NCBI GenBank assembly: GCA_965222225.1
Contig: CBDCTK010000002.1
Location: forward strand, 5,504,001 to 5,568,000
DNA from: Candidatus Poribacteria bacterium
GTDB lineage: Bacteria > Poribacteria > WGA-4E > JAJDTR01
Direction: 5' to 3'
DNA length: 64,000 nt
Shown: piece by piece, positions 28,512 through 39,386 of the stretch
Layout: every line of letters starts with the position of its first letter
Numbering within the stretch: the stretch's first letter is position 1
The notes under the pieces: generated by a model
Seen by the model: only the letters and a program-made list of their open reading frames with translations
Database searches by the model: none
What the model was told of the DNA's origin: nothing
Made by a program: the position numbers and the translations under genes

Positions 28512-29636
28512 GTGGGCGCTTTTCGTGCAGAATTTGTGCTCCGAAACTCCGAACCTTGCAACACGTTGCGTTTGCGTGGGACTTTTGAAAAAGTAACAAT
28601 TGACGAGGCTGATTTGAGAAACATCCTTTTGATTCGTCTCAGTTCACTCGGTGACGTTGTTCTTGCCTCCCCAGCAATCCGTGCGGTGCGCAATCATTTT
28701 CCAAATGCACGTATTTCCATGCTTGTCGCAAGCCAATCTGCAGATCTACTTACAGAAAATCCACATCTTGACGAAGTCCTACGGTTTGATCGCCATGCCA
28801 AGGACAAGGACACGGCAGAGATGATTAGATTGGTTCGTGCCCTGCGTGAACGACAGTTCGATCTTATTATTGATTTCCAGCGGAAATTTCGCACGAGCCT
28901 GCTTGGATACTTGAGTGGTGCAAAGTGTCGAGTGGGTTATCATCAACCAAACGGGCTTTTATGTTCTGTGCGTGTTCCCGATTCGTCCGGACACGCCATC
29001 GATCGTTACTTTGCCCTGCTGCATGCCCTGGGAATCGAGGCGAAAGATCGAACGTTGGAGTTGTTTCTCTCGGAATGCGATCGGAAATATGCACGGGACG
29101 CCATGGAAAAACAAAGCATTGGTGGAAACAGGCCAACGGTAGGGTTATTCCCAGGTGCTGGGTGGAAGTTACGGGAATGGATGCCCGATCGCTTCGCGGC
29201 GATTGGCGACCGTTTGGTCAGAGAATTCGGTGCACAGGTAATTGTCTTCGGCGGACGACATGAATGTCAATTGGCTAATTGTGTAATCGGCCTGATGACC
29301 GAGCAAGCAGTGTCATTTGCCGGAAACCATCCGATTTGCCGGTTGGCGGCTCTGATCGAGCGCTGTAATCTCTTCCTTACAAATGACACCGGGCCGATGC
29401 ATATTGCTGCCGCATTACGTACGCCAACAGTTGCTCTGTTTGGCCCCGGCGACCACATCCGTTTTCAACCGCTGGATCCCATTCATAGTATTATCCGCCA
29501 CGAAGTCCCGTGTAATCCGTGCAAACAATTCACTAATCATTGCAAGGATAATGTCTGTATGAAATTGATTACAGTTGATGAGGTGTGGGAAACTATTTGC
29601 CAAAGGCTAAGCCAAAATCTAATCCAACTGCAATAG
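28512..29636 (+). CDS. GT9 glycosyltransferase (LPS heptosyltransferase-like)
   Basis: ILLIRLSSLGDVV, FPGAG, TNDTGPMHIAAAL, LFGP, CNPC...CMKLI; start uncertain. Confidence 0.9.
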   Translation: MGAFRAEFVLRNSEPCNTLRLRGTFEKVTIDEADLRNILLIRLSSLGDVVLASPAIRAVRNHFPNARISMLVASQSADLLTENPHLDEVLRFDRHAKDKDTAEMIRLVRALRERQFDLIIDFQRKFRTSLLGYLSGAKCRVGYHQPNGLLCSVRVPDSSGHAIDRYFALLHALGIEAKDRTLELFLSECDRKYARDAMEKQSIGGNRPTVGLFPGAGWKLREWMPDRFAAIGDRLVREFGAQVIVFGGRHECQLANCVIGLMTEQAVSFAGNHPICRLAALIERCNLFLTNDTGPMHIAAALRTPTVALFGPGDHIRFQPLDPIHSIIRHEVPCNPCKQFTNHCKDNVCMKLITVDEVWETICQRLSQNLIQLQ

Positions 29637-29800
29637 GTGGGTTTTGATGAGATTAGTATGCAGTAATTTCGTCAATAGACAGGAGATTAAAGAACTACGC
29701 GATACAACCCGTCAGGGGTGGCGCTAAATGTTACATATTGCCAACCGTTGTGAACTTTATTACTGATGGTTCTGGTGAATTACCACCATTGGGAGAAAAA

Positions 29801-31108
29801 ATGCGTGAGATGAATGAGACGGCGTGGGGGACTTCCTCACAGCGAGCAATTCTTGTTGGCGTCAAGTTACGAAATGGCTTGATGCATGAGGTGGAAGATT
29901 CACTAGCGGAGTTGGAGCAACTTGCAGAAACTGCTGGAATGGAAGTCGTCGGCGAGATTGTCCAAACACGCGCATCCCCAAATCCAACTTATTTTGTAGG
30001 GCAAGGAAAAATTAAAGAGCTTCAAGTATCGATTGAAGAATTACGTGCTGATACAGTCATTTTTGATGAAGACCTTGCGCCTGCCCAAACGCGCAACATT
30101 GAAGGGGCGCTTGATATCGTCGTAGTAGATCGTACGGGCTTGATTCTGGAAATATTCAGACAACGTGCACAAACAAAGGAAGCTACGCTTCAGGTAGACC
30201 TTGCCCGGTTGGAATATGCATTACCTCGCCTGACACGGATGTGGTCTCACCTGTCGCGCCAAGCGACGGGCGGAGGTGGACGAATCGGAGGTGCCATGCG
30301 CGGTGAAGGCGAAACGCAAATTCAGACGGACCGACGTCTGATTCGTCGGGAAATTACAAAGATTAAGAAGTCCTTGCAAGTCGTGGATACCCAACGTCGT
30401 GTCCGACGTCATGACCGTAAGGAAATGGCAAATGTCTCACTAGTTGGTTACACAAATGCTGGTAAATCAACACTCTTCAATCAACTTACCGGCGAGAATC
30501 GAGAGGTCGAAGATAAACTATTTGCAACATTGGACTCGACCACACGCATGGTCAAGTTGCCGAGTCATCACCGTATTCTTCTGAGTGACACTGTCGGCTT
30601 CATCAAGAAACTTCCACATCATCTGGTTGCTGCGTTCAAAGCAACTCTAGACGAGGTTGCCGAAGCCAAACTGCTCCTCCATGTGGTAGATGTGAGTCAT
30701 CCACAAGTAGAAATACAAATCGACGCAGTTAATGAGGTGCTTGATGAATTGGGTGCGTCTAAAATACCGATTTTAATGGTGTTTAACAAGATAGATTGTC
30801 TTGAGGATGAAGCCCCTCTATGCCTGCTGCGAAGCCGATACCCGGAAAGCATCAATATCTCTGCCCGACGAGGCGATGGTCTTGCCGCCCTACGAATGGA
30901 GTTAGCCAATCGATTTGCAGAAAATGATGTTGACGTGTCGCTTACCCTTCCGTATTCAGAAGGTAAGAAACTAGATTTTGTATACAAGAATGGTGAAGTG
31001 CTAGAAGTTAATTACCAAGGCGATGCAATCTTAGTCACAGCAAGAGTACCGGAACGATACTTGGAGGGATTGAAACAGTTCATGGCGACACATGAGGAGC
31101 ACTCTTAA
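29801..31108 (+). CDS. hflX: Ribosome-splitting GTPase HflX
   Basis: DRTGLILEIF, GEGETQ, GYTNAGKS, LFATLD, DTVGFI, NKID, ISA; GGAG RBS before ATG 29801. Confidence 0.96.
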   Translation: MREMNETAWGTSSQRAILVGVKLRNGLMHEVEDSLAELEQLAETAGMEVVGEIVQTRASPNPTYFVGQGKIKELQVSIEELRADTVIFDEDLAPAQTRNIEGALDIVVVDRTGLILEIFRQRAQTKEATLQVDLARLEYALPRLTRMWSHLSRQATGGGGRIGGAMRGEGETQIQTDRRLIRREITKIKKSLQVVDTQRRVRRHDRKEMANVSLVGYTNAGKSTLFNQLTGENREVEDKLFATLDSTTRMVKLPSHHRILLSDTVGFIKKLPHHLVAAFKATLDEVAEAKLLLHVVDVSHPQVEIQIDAVNEVLDELGASKIPILMVFNKIDCLEDEAPLCLLRSRYPESINISARRGDGLAALRMELANRFAENDVDVSLTLPYSEGKKLDFVYKNGEVLEVNYQGDAILVTARVPERYLEGLKQFMATHEEHS

Positions 31109-31126
31109 GGCATAAGATTTGCCGTG

Positions 31127-32365
31127 TTACGAATGCCTCAATGCGTCAATTGGTGAGAGGTTAGCCGCTCGACTCGCGGGATAATATCCAAAAAAGACGC
31201 CCACGCTAACACCAGATAGAACAGCAATTAGTATAGATTCCACTGTGATAACCGAGGGCCACTTGATGAAATCCTGCATCAACTTGCTGACCGCCCATGC
31301 GAACCCTTTTCCCATCAACGCACCTGCTCCAATACCAATCAACCCGCCAATGCAACACAGCATAACCGATTCCGTCAGGAACTGGAGGCGAATATCCATA
31401 CTCTTGGCACCGACTGCTTTGAGTAATCCTATCTCGGGAATCCTTTCAGTCACAGACACAAGCATAATGTTCAAGATACCAATCCCACCCACCACCAGCG
31501 AAACAGATGCAATCGCAACAAGAATGATTTCAATAATGGAAATAATTCGATTGGCGGTCTTCAGTTCCTCTTTCATTATCCACGTCTCAAAGAAAGCCAC
31601 GTTTCCATGATCGCGATTAAGAACGGTTTTCACCTCACGAACTGCACGGTCAACGAGTTCGTGGTTTTTCGCACGAATCAGAATATGCCCAACACGGTCG
31701 TTACCCCAGAAGTGTGTCTGCGCTGTAGTTATGGGTAAGAACACTTGATTGTCTTCACTATTTTCCGGATCCAATCCCGTGCCCCGAGACTCCATGATTC
31801 CGATAACTGTAAATCGGTGATTGTTAACTTTGAGTTCCCTGCCGACGGGGTTAAGTCCGGCGAACAAATCTCGCCAAATCTCCTCACCGATTACACACAC
31901 TTTGCTCCACGTGTCAAGGTCGTCATCTGACAAGAATCTGCCATAGCCGCTGTACCACTTGCGAGCAATTTGGTATTCAAAAGAAGTAGCCTGCATGCGA
32001 GCGTTCTTGTTCTTTCCTGAGGCAATCAAGGTTGCATGACCTCCCATTTCCGGAGTTGCCACATCAACGGATGGGCATTCAGTTTGAATGGCACGAACAT
32101 CGTCCATAGTCAGGTAGTGGTCCGTTGGATTACGAATCCATCTGTTCCCTTTGCGGATCCAATCATTGCGATATACCCCGAAGACACTTGGGCCGCCAAC
32201 TTTCTCAACTTCCCATAACAACAAGGCCTTTGCGCCAGATCCAAATGATATCATTCCAATGATGCCTGCAATGCCGATGATGATGCCTAGCATTGTCAGG
32301 AATGTACGCATTTTGTTGACTATTAATGTCGAAAAAGCCGTAATGACACATTCTATGAGTTTCAT
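31127..32365 (-). CDS. MacB/FtsX-like ABC transporter permease
   Basis: RTFLTMLGIIIGIA, VGGIGILNIMLVSVTERIPEIGL, YYPASRAANLSPIDALR. Confidence 0.92.
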   Translation of the reverse strand: MKLIECVITAFSTLIVNKMRTFLTMLGIIIGIAGIIGMISFGSGAKALLLWEVEKVGGPSVFGVYRNDWIRKGNRWIRNPTDHYLTMDDVRAIQTECPSVDVATPEMGGHATLIASGKNKNARMQATSFEYQIARKWYSGYGRFLSDDDLDTWSKVCVIGEEIWRDLFAGLNPVGRELKVNNHRFTVIGIMESRGTGLDPENSEDNQVFLPITTAQTHFWGNDRVGHILIRAKNHELVDRAVREVKTVLNRDHGNVAFFETWIMKEELKTANRIISIIEIILVAIASVSLVVGGIGILNIMLVSVTERIPEIGLLKAVGAKSMDIRLQFLTESVMLCCIGGLIGIGAGALMGKGFAWAVSKLMQDFIKWPSVITVESILIAVLSGVSVGVFFGYYPASRAANLSPIDALRHS

Positions 32366-32554
32366 CGCAAGTTCTTTTTTCTTGTCAGTGCAGACTTGGT
32401 GTGCTAGAATACCAACCACGCCTTCAAACGAGATTTACGTCATCTAACGCAGGCGTCCATTTTCTTTTACGGCATACACCAAATCCTACCTAATCAGACG
32501 TACAAGCCGTTCTCGACGTTTAGAGAGCAATCCCACTCTTAAGGTGACGAGAAA

Positions 32555-34570
32555 TTGTCAACATGGCATGCCTCAGAAGCAGTGGATGCAGTTCTTTTGT
32601 CTTGGTCTTTTTCCGAACGGCCCACAGAAATCAAACGTCATAGAGCTACACTTGAAGGACTTACTCGTGGTGGTAAATGTGCGTGGATTCGCCTAACTTC
32701 GTCATTTACGGAAACGCGGTTTCGGTTAACCTCGGTTGAACACACTTTCCCTGCGTCGGTAAGAAACGAGACAATACGGCAAGAACTGATACAGTGGCAT
32801 TCGTTCCAGAATATTTGCTTGGATCGAATTTACCTTGTTGCTCAAGAGCACGTCAAGGAAACGTGTTACGATATTACGGATTATATCAAGCGTTGCTTGA
32901 CTGGAGATCTTTCCATTGCAGATCGGTTAAGGGGACGTACAATCTTTGGGCTGCGTCAAATCGAGACTGATGCGTATGACTTACTGAGTAGCCTGGGCTC
33001 CAGTGGAGTGATTAAACATGCCTTGAGGCCATACATTCATGAATTTGGCGAGTTCATCGGGAACACGATACTCGGTTTCTGTTGTCAACTTCCGTCGTTT
33101 TTGTCACCTCTTAATACTCCCGCGTTGACAGTTCCTTGGAGCCCGGATTTAAGACCATATTTTCAATCAATCTGGGGCGAAAGACTTACTGAACACTTGC
33201 CGCTGATTTTTTACGGCGCGCATGGTACAGCGGCGATTCGTAGCGCATTTTGGGACGGTTTGACTCAGCAGTATTCAAAGGTTTGGATTGATGGATTTTG
33301 GCAATTTTGTCACCGATTACGCGTGCAGTATGCAGTTGAGATTCCCGCAAGTGAACAATCACTCGAATTTGATGTCGGAACAATTCTAAAGTATTCAGAC
33401 GGAGCAATCTTTATTGGTCCAAAGGAAAATGCGAATTCGAGCAATAGCCAAGATGCGAAGGAGAAATCGAGAACAGCAAGCCACGAAAGATTGTGCGTTT
33501 CGGACTTGACCCCGTTCCCCATTGATACCCCCAAGCGATTTTTGATTGCGAAGTGCATTGCAAGCCAGGCGGGCACGCGAACTTCGCGGATCGTTAGTAT
33601 CTGGAGGTCGAAACCCCCAACTACGGCGCAGTACGCTTTTGACCGGGTATTGGGCTTTAACTCTTGGATGGCAAATGAGAGTGAAAACACGGACGAGAAA
33701 GACTCCAAGTGCGAAGAGAAGCATGCCTCGCGAAATTTCGTTTCTCAGAGTTTTCCCCCGAAACAAGCAAGGAATCTCGTTACAAGATCCGCATGTTCTA
33801 TAGGGGAGCCTCAACGCTCGGTATTGATAATCTCGCCGCTGCAGAGTTTATGGTCTCGAACCGATGAGCGCGAATGGCGTGAAATAACAAGTTCATGGGC
33901 GTGGTTATGTCAAACTGTCTGGAATTTGGGTTATGATTTTGATATAGCTACAGAAAGTGATTGTGTTAATGCGAAATTCAACAAGAGTAGCCGTTCGATA
34001 CGCGTAAATACCGGTTCCTACCGAGTGGTTCTGATTCCAAGCTGCACCTCGCTCCAAGAATACACGGTAAGCCTGTTAACAGGCGTTATTGCGGGACGTG
34101 GTAAGTTAATCGCAGTCGATCCGGTTCCATATCTATTCAATAGCAAGCTAGAACTTGACACACATCCGCTTGAGTTACTTCTCTACCATCAACGTGCCTC
34201 TCTTTTGCGGGGTACTGTCGCTGAAAAAACAGAAACTCTCAAGCAGTTATTGCGAAAGTGGGTCAAACCTGTACTCCGAGTTTACGCGAAGCCTGACAAC
34301 ATTCTTACCAGCGCAATTCGGTTTCAACATCGTCGAACAGAAGCATTCGACCTATTTTACCTTTTCAATGCTACTCAATCCTCAGTCGAAACCTTGATTG
34401 AAATTCGGGGAGAATCAGAGGAAGTTGAAGAATGGGGAGCAACAAGCGGTGAAAAAAGTGATATAGACTTTTGGCACGCTGACGGAAACACCTACCTTAA
34501 CCGTTCGTTCGATTGCTGGCAAAGCAGGTTGGTGACGACTCGGAGGAAAGTAACACAACCACTGTCGTAA
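32555..34570 (+). CDS. Hypothetical protein, distantly like GH106/GH2-associated sugar hydrolases (possibly degenerate)
   Basis: VPWSPDL, RSAFW, GYDFD, GSYRVVLIPS, LYFLFN-like and EEW..TSG motifs resemble GH106-like proteins; N-terminus atypical and start uncertain. Confidence 0.4.
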   Translation: MSTWHASEAVDAVLLSWSFSERPTEIKRHRATLEGLTRGGKCAWIRLTSSFTETRFRLTSVEHTFPASVRNETIRQELIQWHSFQNICLDRIYLVAQEHVKETCYDITDYIKRCLTGDLSIADRLRGRTIFGLRQIETDAYDLLSSLGSSGVIKHALRPYIHEFGEFIGNTILGFCCQLPSFLSPLNTPALTVPWSPDLRPYFQSIWGERLTEHLPLIFYGAHGTAAIRSAFWDGLTQQYSKVWIDGFWQFCHRLRVQYAVEIPASEQSLEFDVGTILKYSDGAIFIGPKENANSSNSQDAKEKSRTASHERLCVSDLTPFPIDTPKRFLIAKCIASQAGTRTSRIVSIWRSKPPTTAQYAFDRVLGFNSWMANESENTDEKDSKCEEKHASRNFVSQSFPPKQARNLVTRSACSIGEPQRSVLIISPLQSLWSRTDEREWREITSSWAWLCQTVWNLGYDFDIATESDCVNAKFNKSSRSIRVNTGSYRVVLIPSCTSLQEYTVSLLTGVIAGRGKLIAVDPVPYLFNSKLELDTHPLELLLYHQRASLLRGTVAEKTETLKQLLRKWVKPVLRVYAKPDNILTSAIRFQHRRTEAFDLFYLFNATQSSVETLIEIRGESEEVEEWGATSGEKSDIDFWHADGNTYLNRSFDCWQSRLVTTRRKVTQPLS

Positions 34571-34647
34571 GCAGGATTCAGGACATGCTTATTTCCGCAG
34601 GTGCTTTCGCCCAAAGACTAGCCTAATGGTTTGGAAAGGAGATTTGA

Positions 34648-35847
34648 ATGAGAAAACGTATCGGTGTGTTGACGGGCGGTGGAGATACAAGTGCTCTTAA
34701 TGCGACACTCAAAGGAATCGCTCTGAAAGCTGAGGAACTAGGGTTTGAGCTTATCGGATTGATGGAGGGATGGAAGGGAGTTCTGAAAGGCGGACGCTAC
34801 TTTCTTCTCACACCTGACCTGATTGACGAAAATTATGGAGGAACAATATTAAAGAGTTCGCGTACGAATTTGATTGCTGCCAATAGGCTTGACGAAGCAA
34901 TTGAAAACCTCAAAACACTCAGGATTGAGGGGCTTATTCCCATCGGTGGCGACGATACTATAACCGTCAGTGTAGAGTTGTCAAAGCAGTTCATTATGGC
35001 ATCCGTGACAAAAACCATCGACAATGATGTCGGGCTCAATCCACCAGAGGGAAGTTCGGTCAATTATTCAAAGATGTTTAACTACTTCTGCCCCGGTTTT
35101 CCTACAGCGGCGAGTCGATTGATTCAGTATGTCCAGGATCTCCGCACTACGGCGTATTCGCATAATAGAATTTTCTTCGTCGAGGCGATGGGACGGGATG
35201 CCGGTTGGCTTACGCTCGCCTCCGCTTATGGGTACGCAGATCTGATTGTGGTGCCGGAAATACCTTATGAACCCGATCGCCTCGCCGAAGCTATTAGGCG
35301 CAAGCATAAAGAGAAGGAGAATGTAATCGTCGTTGTATCCGAAGGAATCCGTAACCAAAAAGGTGAACTGATGATTACCTCAAAGAAAGAACTTGACGCT
35401 TTTGGTCATACTCGACCGGGTGGGTGCTCGGAAATCATAGCGGAAGCGATGAGACTGAGGCTCTCAAAAGAATTCCCAAGTGCAACCTTTCGCCACGTCA
35501 TACTAGGGTACCTTCAGAGATGTGGTTCCCCGATACCACTTGATCGGGACTGTGCGATAAAGGCAGGAGAGTTGGCTGTCAGGGCGCTTGGTGAGGGACA
35601 ACTCAACGGGATCTCAACGATTATGCGCACCGAGACCGGCATTGAGCCTGTACTTTACCCCATGGATCAGGTGATTAAGCGTGACGAAAACAACAAAGTG
35701 ATACCACGGAGCTTAGACTTGCGTTTCTACGATGTAGAGAACTACCAAATCTCACCCGCGGGCACGGGATATTTCAGACCTATTTTCGGCGATCTTCCTA
35801 GATTTCAGACACACGAACTGGGCTCAACCAAATTTGGAGAAATTTGA
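34648..35847 (+). CDS. pfp: Phosphofructokinase, probably PPi-dependent
   Basis: GVLTGGGD, GGTILKSSR, GGDDT and KTIDND (Asp/Lys PPi-type signature), VEAMGRDAGW, LGYLQR. Confidence 0.8.
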   Translation: MRKRIGVLTGGGDTSALNATLKGIALKAEELGFELIGLMEGWKGVLKGGRYFLLTPDLIDENYGGTILKSSRTNLIAANRLDEAIENLKTLRIEGLIPIGGDDTITVSVELSKQFIMASVTKTIDNDVGLNPPEGSSVNYSKMFNYFCPGFPTAASRLIQYVQDLRTTAYSHNRIFFVEAMGRDAGWLTLASAYGYADLIVVPEIPYEPDRLAEAIRRKHKEKENVIVVVSEGIRNQKGELMITSKKELDAFGHTRPGGCSEIIAEAMRLRLSKEFPSATFRHVILGYLQRCGSPIPLDRDCAIKAGELAVRALGEGQLNGISTIMRTETGIEPVLYPMDQVIKRDENNKVIPRSLDLRFYDVENYQISPAGTGYFRPIFGDLPRFQTHELGSTKFGEI

Positions 35848-36326
35848 GCAACAGGCAGCGCAAAGTAAGGCAACGAGCATGTCAAACCAGATTGTGCGTT
35901 CTTTGGATTCAGGCGGTGCTTGAATGGAATCTTTTAGGAAATCGTGTCATTGATGCACTCCCCAACCCTCCAATCTTGATCTTTTGGTTGCGATCGTGAA
36001 GAATTCGACAACCGAGTCCGCAGATTCGTCACATTGCAAAAGTCTCGACCAACGAAGGTTTAAGGAGATACGTCGTTTGAGATGTCCCAAGTGTTGTGGT
36101 AACTTATAAATGCTCAAGGATCAAACAGCGTTCTGCTTGGAGTGCGAATGAGACAACCACAAGCCGATATAACTACCAGAGCAAACTGCCCATGTTCGCA
36201 TCTCTGGGTTCTGGATACTGATGAAGTTGCCGATTTAGTGCATTGGACGTGCGTCTGCTGTAATGAACGACGAGAATTTCACATGGCAGTAATGTATCAA
36301 TGCCCGTGAAGAGATAGATAACCGCG

Positions 36327-37439
36327 ATGTTCAAGACATTTGTCGAAGTGATTACCTTGATTGCTTCCTTCTTGATCCAACATTGTCTATATAGCAAATT
36401 CCTGCCTGTCGGATTTAATCCTCAGCGCATCCTCGTTATCAAGTTGGATCACCTCGGCGACGTACTTCTCGCCACGCCCGTATTCTCGAATCTGAGGCGT
36501 GCCTACCCAGCCGCCAATATTCACGCCCTAGTTGGAGAATGGGGAGAGGTTGGCTTGAGGAACCATCCCGATGTAGACAAGATCCTCCGATACAACGCGC
36601 GTTTCTTCCGCAGACTTGGAAATCCCAAGTCTCAATGTAAAGCGCTTACTGTTCTATCTTTGCTCCGTCAACCAAAATACGATCTTGTCATTAATCTGCG
36701 CGGGGATTGGTTTACGGCGCTTTTTGCCCTTATGAAGCCGACCCGCTGTCGATTGGACTATGCTTGGCTGCAAGTAGCAAATAAACTTGGACTTGCTCGA
36801 TTCACCGGATTACATCAGCTTGAACGCAACCTCGATCTCTTGCGAATGGCGAAAATTCCGACATCCTGCAAACTCCCTGCTTTTCATACCACCGACGACG
36901 ATCGGAAATGGGTGGATGACTTCTTGCGCGAATCGGAAATTCTCCCGAATCGCCCACTTATTATAATACATCCGGGTTCTCCTATTTCCCTTAAACGCTG
37001 GCGGACAGAGCGTTTCGCAGCTATAGCGGATTGGTTGATTAAACAAAACAATGCCCAAATCTTTTTTGTTGGTACTCGTGATGAAGCGCATATCATTTCT
37101 ACTGTTCAAAGACAGATGCACGGAAAATCCATTAACCTCGCTGGAGCAACCACGGTGTCACAGCTCGCTGAGTTGTTGAAGCGTTGTCATCTATTCCTTG
37201 GAAATGACAGTGGCCCAATGCATGTCGCCGCTGCCGTTGGGACGAAAACCATTGGGTTATATGGCCCAGGAAATCCGGCACGTTTTGGCCCAATAGGGCC
37301 GAACTGCTTCGCAGTTCGGCGTCAGCTACACTGTCCTCCATGCATGGGCACGGTTTGTAAATTCGGTGGCGAAGGGTGTATGAAAGACATTCGGACTGAG
37401 GATATAATTCAAACAATTCAAGCGATTCATGCGATATGA
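36327..37439 (+). CDS. GT9 glycosyltransferase (LPS heptosyltransferase-like)
   Basis: ILVIKLDHLGDV, IHPGS..KRW, GNDSGPMHVAAAVG, LYGP, CPPC...CMKDI. Confidence 0.9.
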   Translation: MFKTFVEVITLIASFLIQHCLYSKFLPVGFNPQRILVIKLDHLGDVLLATPVFSNLRRAYPAANIHALVGEWGEVGLRNHPDVDKILRYNARFFRRLGNPKSQCKALTVLSLLRQPKYDLVINLRGDWFTALFALMKPTRCRLDYAWLQVANKLGLARFTGLHQLERNLDLLRMAKIPTSCKLPAFHTTDDDRKWVDDFLRESEILPNRPLIIIHPGSPISLKRWRTERFAAIADWLIKQNNAQIFFVGTRDEAHIISTVQRQMHGKSINLAGATTVSQLAELLKRCHLFLGNDSGPMHVAAAVGTKTIGLYGPGNPARFGPIGPNCFAVRRQLHCPPCMGTVCKFGGEGCMKDIRTEDIIQTIQAIHAI

Positions 37440-37539
37440 TTTAGTTTGTCCGTGCAACGGCTTACCTTTTTGGCATTCCCGAATGAATATGAACTGCTTT
37501 TGTAGACAGTGAATTACAGAATTGTCTGCCGAGATATTT

Positions 37540-37557
37540 TTGCACCATTTGGTGCAA
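37540..37557. promoter_or_regulatory. Palindromic enhancer-like site TTGCACCA-TT-TGGTGCAA
   Basis: Perfect 8-bp inverted repeat resembling NtrC half-sites, ~100 bp upstream of a -24/-12 promoter. Confidence 0.55.
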
Positions 37558-37652
37558 TTTAACTGGCAAGTTTTAACCTGTTTCGTGCAATGTCAACAAA
37601 CCCTCGTGATGGCTAAACAAAGAAACTGCGCTGTTGAAAGGATTCCAGCGTA

Positions 37653-37667
37653 TGGCATATTAATTGC
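37653..37667 (+). promoter_or_regulatory. Sigma54 (-24/-12) promoter
   Basis: TGGCATATTAATTGC matches TGGCACG-N4-TTGC spacing exactly; ~100 nt upstream of the DUF4159 gene. Confidence 0.65.
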
Positions 37668-37764
37668 GTGATGCGAGCTAGTAATTCAGAAGTTTCGCCA
37701 TACAATTGTTTAGATTATTTAAGCGTTTTACAAACCACAAATCCCAAATTCTGGAGGAAAACAA

Positions 37765-39243
37765 ATGAGTGCTAAAAGAACTTCCGGCGCATTTATGACC
37801 TCCTTGGTGCTCCACCTTGTCATTGCGTTTGTTGCTGGCTTATACCTTGTAAGCCAAACGCAACAGTTTAAAGATTTGGTGGGAGCAGATGTGCTCAAAG
37901 CCAAGGATCCGCCGAAACCGAAAGTACGTAAGCCTGTCGTCAAACCCGTGATTAAACCAACAGTGCCCACGACGAACACTGTGGTGGTTGAACAAGTTCA
38001 AATTCAGCCGAGGGTCACAACAGCTTTCGCCGCCCGTTCGAATTTCAAGACGCAATCTGTACTGGAATTTTCAAACAAAGTGGTTAAGGTTGATGCGCCG
38101 ATAAACCCGAATGTTCCAAGGGTCGTGTCTCCCAATGCACCTGTACCGCAGGCTGTTACACATGCTGACCTTCCGGTTTCAGATGCTCCCGGGGCGTTAG
38201 CTTTCTCCGCACCGGTGGCAAATGCTCCTTCTGCCGGTCCCGCCAACATTGGTCGAGGTATCGCCGGTGCAATTGTACAAGTCAAGGTTGCGTTTGACCG
38301 TCCGCCCGGTCTAGCCATGGTTGCCACTGTTGGTGCGGCGCCCGACGCCTTGGGTGATGTTGTGGAAAACATCACGCTTGGTAATACCGAGGTTCCACCG
38401 CTGCCTAGAGGTGAGCCGGGAGGAACAGTTATCGGTAAAGGACGCGATATCCGCGGCGTGTTGCGTTTTACTCGAATCCGTCACAATATTTCTGACTGGT
38501 GGGCAGATTCTTCCTCGTTGAATGCCTTAACCAAGTGGATTAACGAGCGAACGAAAATCAAAGCCGACATGAACGTTGAAGGCGGGGCATTGAAGTTGAC
38601 TGATGCTAATTTGCATAGAAGCCCGATACTTTTCATGACGGGACACGATCCTGCCTTGGTACGTTCACATAATTTGCTTGGCCGTCAATATGGTGGTGGA
38701 CGAATGGATAGTCGTCTCACCGAGACAGAATCAGCCGCTATGCGCAGGTACCTCGTGGAAAAAGGTGGCTTTCTGGTCTTTGACGACTGCGGTGTGAATG
38801 CGCCTGCCCAGGCAATGATTCGGTTGTTCCTTGCTCAAATGCGATATGTCATGCCCGAATATCAGGTCGAGCGGATTCCCAACGACCATGAAGTTTACGA
38901 CAACTTCTACGAAATGGGTGGACCTCCGGTTGGTTTTGATATCTTCTGGTGGGGAACGAGACCACAAAGAAGAAACTTCCTTGAAGGTATATCGGTCGGC
39001 GATAAGTTGTCAGTTATCACTGTCCGGCGCGACTATATGTGCGCTATGGAATCGGTCAGTTTGCCGACCCGTTCAGTCCACTATTCGCCGGGTGTTTATC
39101 GTTTCATGACCAACGTTGTTGTGTACTCGTTGACCCATGGCGACATATCCGACTATGACAATTACATTCCAGAGGACCTTTTGGCGAAAAAGGCGTTGCC
39201 TACAAGCGCACCACAATCAGCCAGGATTGGCGCTCTCGAATAA
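37765..39243 (+). CDS. Membrane-anchored DUF4159-domain protein with Pro/Val-rich TonB-like stalk
   Basis: SLVLH transmembrane anchor, KDPPKPKVRKP stalk; C-terminal PILFMTGH, YL..GGFLVFDDC, IPNDHEVY, NVVVYSLTH. Confidence 0.75.
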   Translation: MSAKRTSGAFMTSLVLHLVIAFVAGLYLVSQTQQFKDLVGADVLKAKDPPKPKVRKPVVKPVIKPTVPTTNTVVVEQVQIQPRVTTAFAARSNFKTQSVLEFSNKVVKVDAPINPNVPRVVSPNAPVPQAVTHADLPVSDAPGALAFSAPVANAPSAGPANIGRGIAGAIVQVKVAFDRPPGLAMVATVGAAPDALGDVVENITLGNTEVPPLPRGEPGGTVIGKGRDIRGVLRFTRIRHNISDWWADSSSLNALTKWINERTKIKADMNVEGGALKLTDANLHRSPILFMTGHDPALVRSHNLLGRQYGGGRMDSRLTETESAAMRRYLVEKGGFLVFDDCGVNAPAQAMIRLFLAQMRYVMPEYQVERIPNDHEVYDNFYEMGGPPVGFDIFWWGTRPQRRNFLEGISVGDKLSVITVRRDYMCAMESVSLPTRSVHYSPGVYRFMTNVVVYSLTHGDISDYDNYIPEDLLAKKALPTSAPQSARIGALE

Positions 39244-39268
39244 TCTGTGGTAAATCTTAGTAACTTCC

Positions 39269-39310
39269 GCATAGAAAAAGCAGCCACATTGCTGGCTGCT
39301 TTTTCTATGC
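39269..39310. terminator. Bidirectional intrinsic terminator
   Basis: Perfect 18-bp stem gcatagaaaaagcagcca-cattgc-tggctgctttttctatgc between convergent genes. Confidence 0.9.
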
Positions 39311-39386
39311 GTGTCAGAATTTGGCTCTTCTACCTGAATGAATTGGATCTGCGCGTGGGTCCGCATCGGTGTATCCGCCTGACCTG

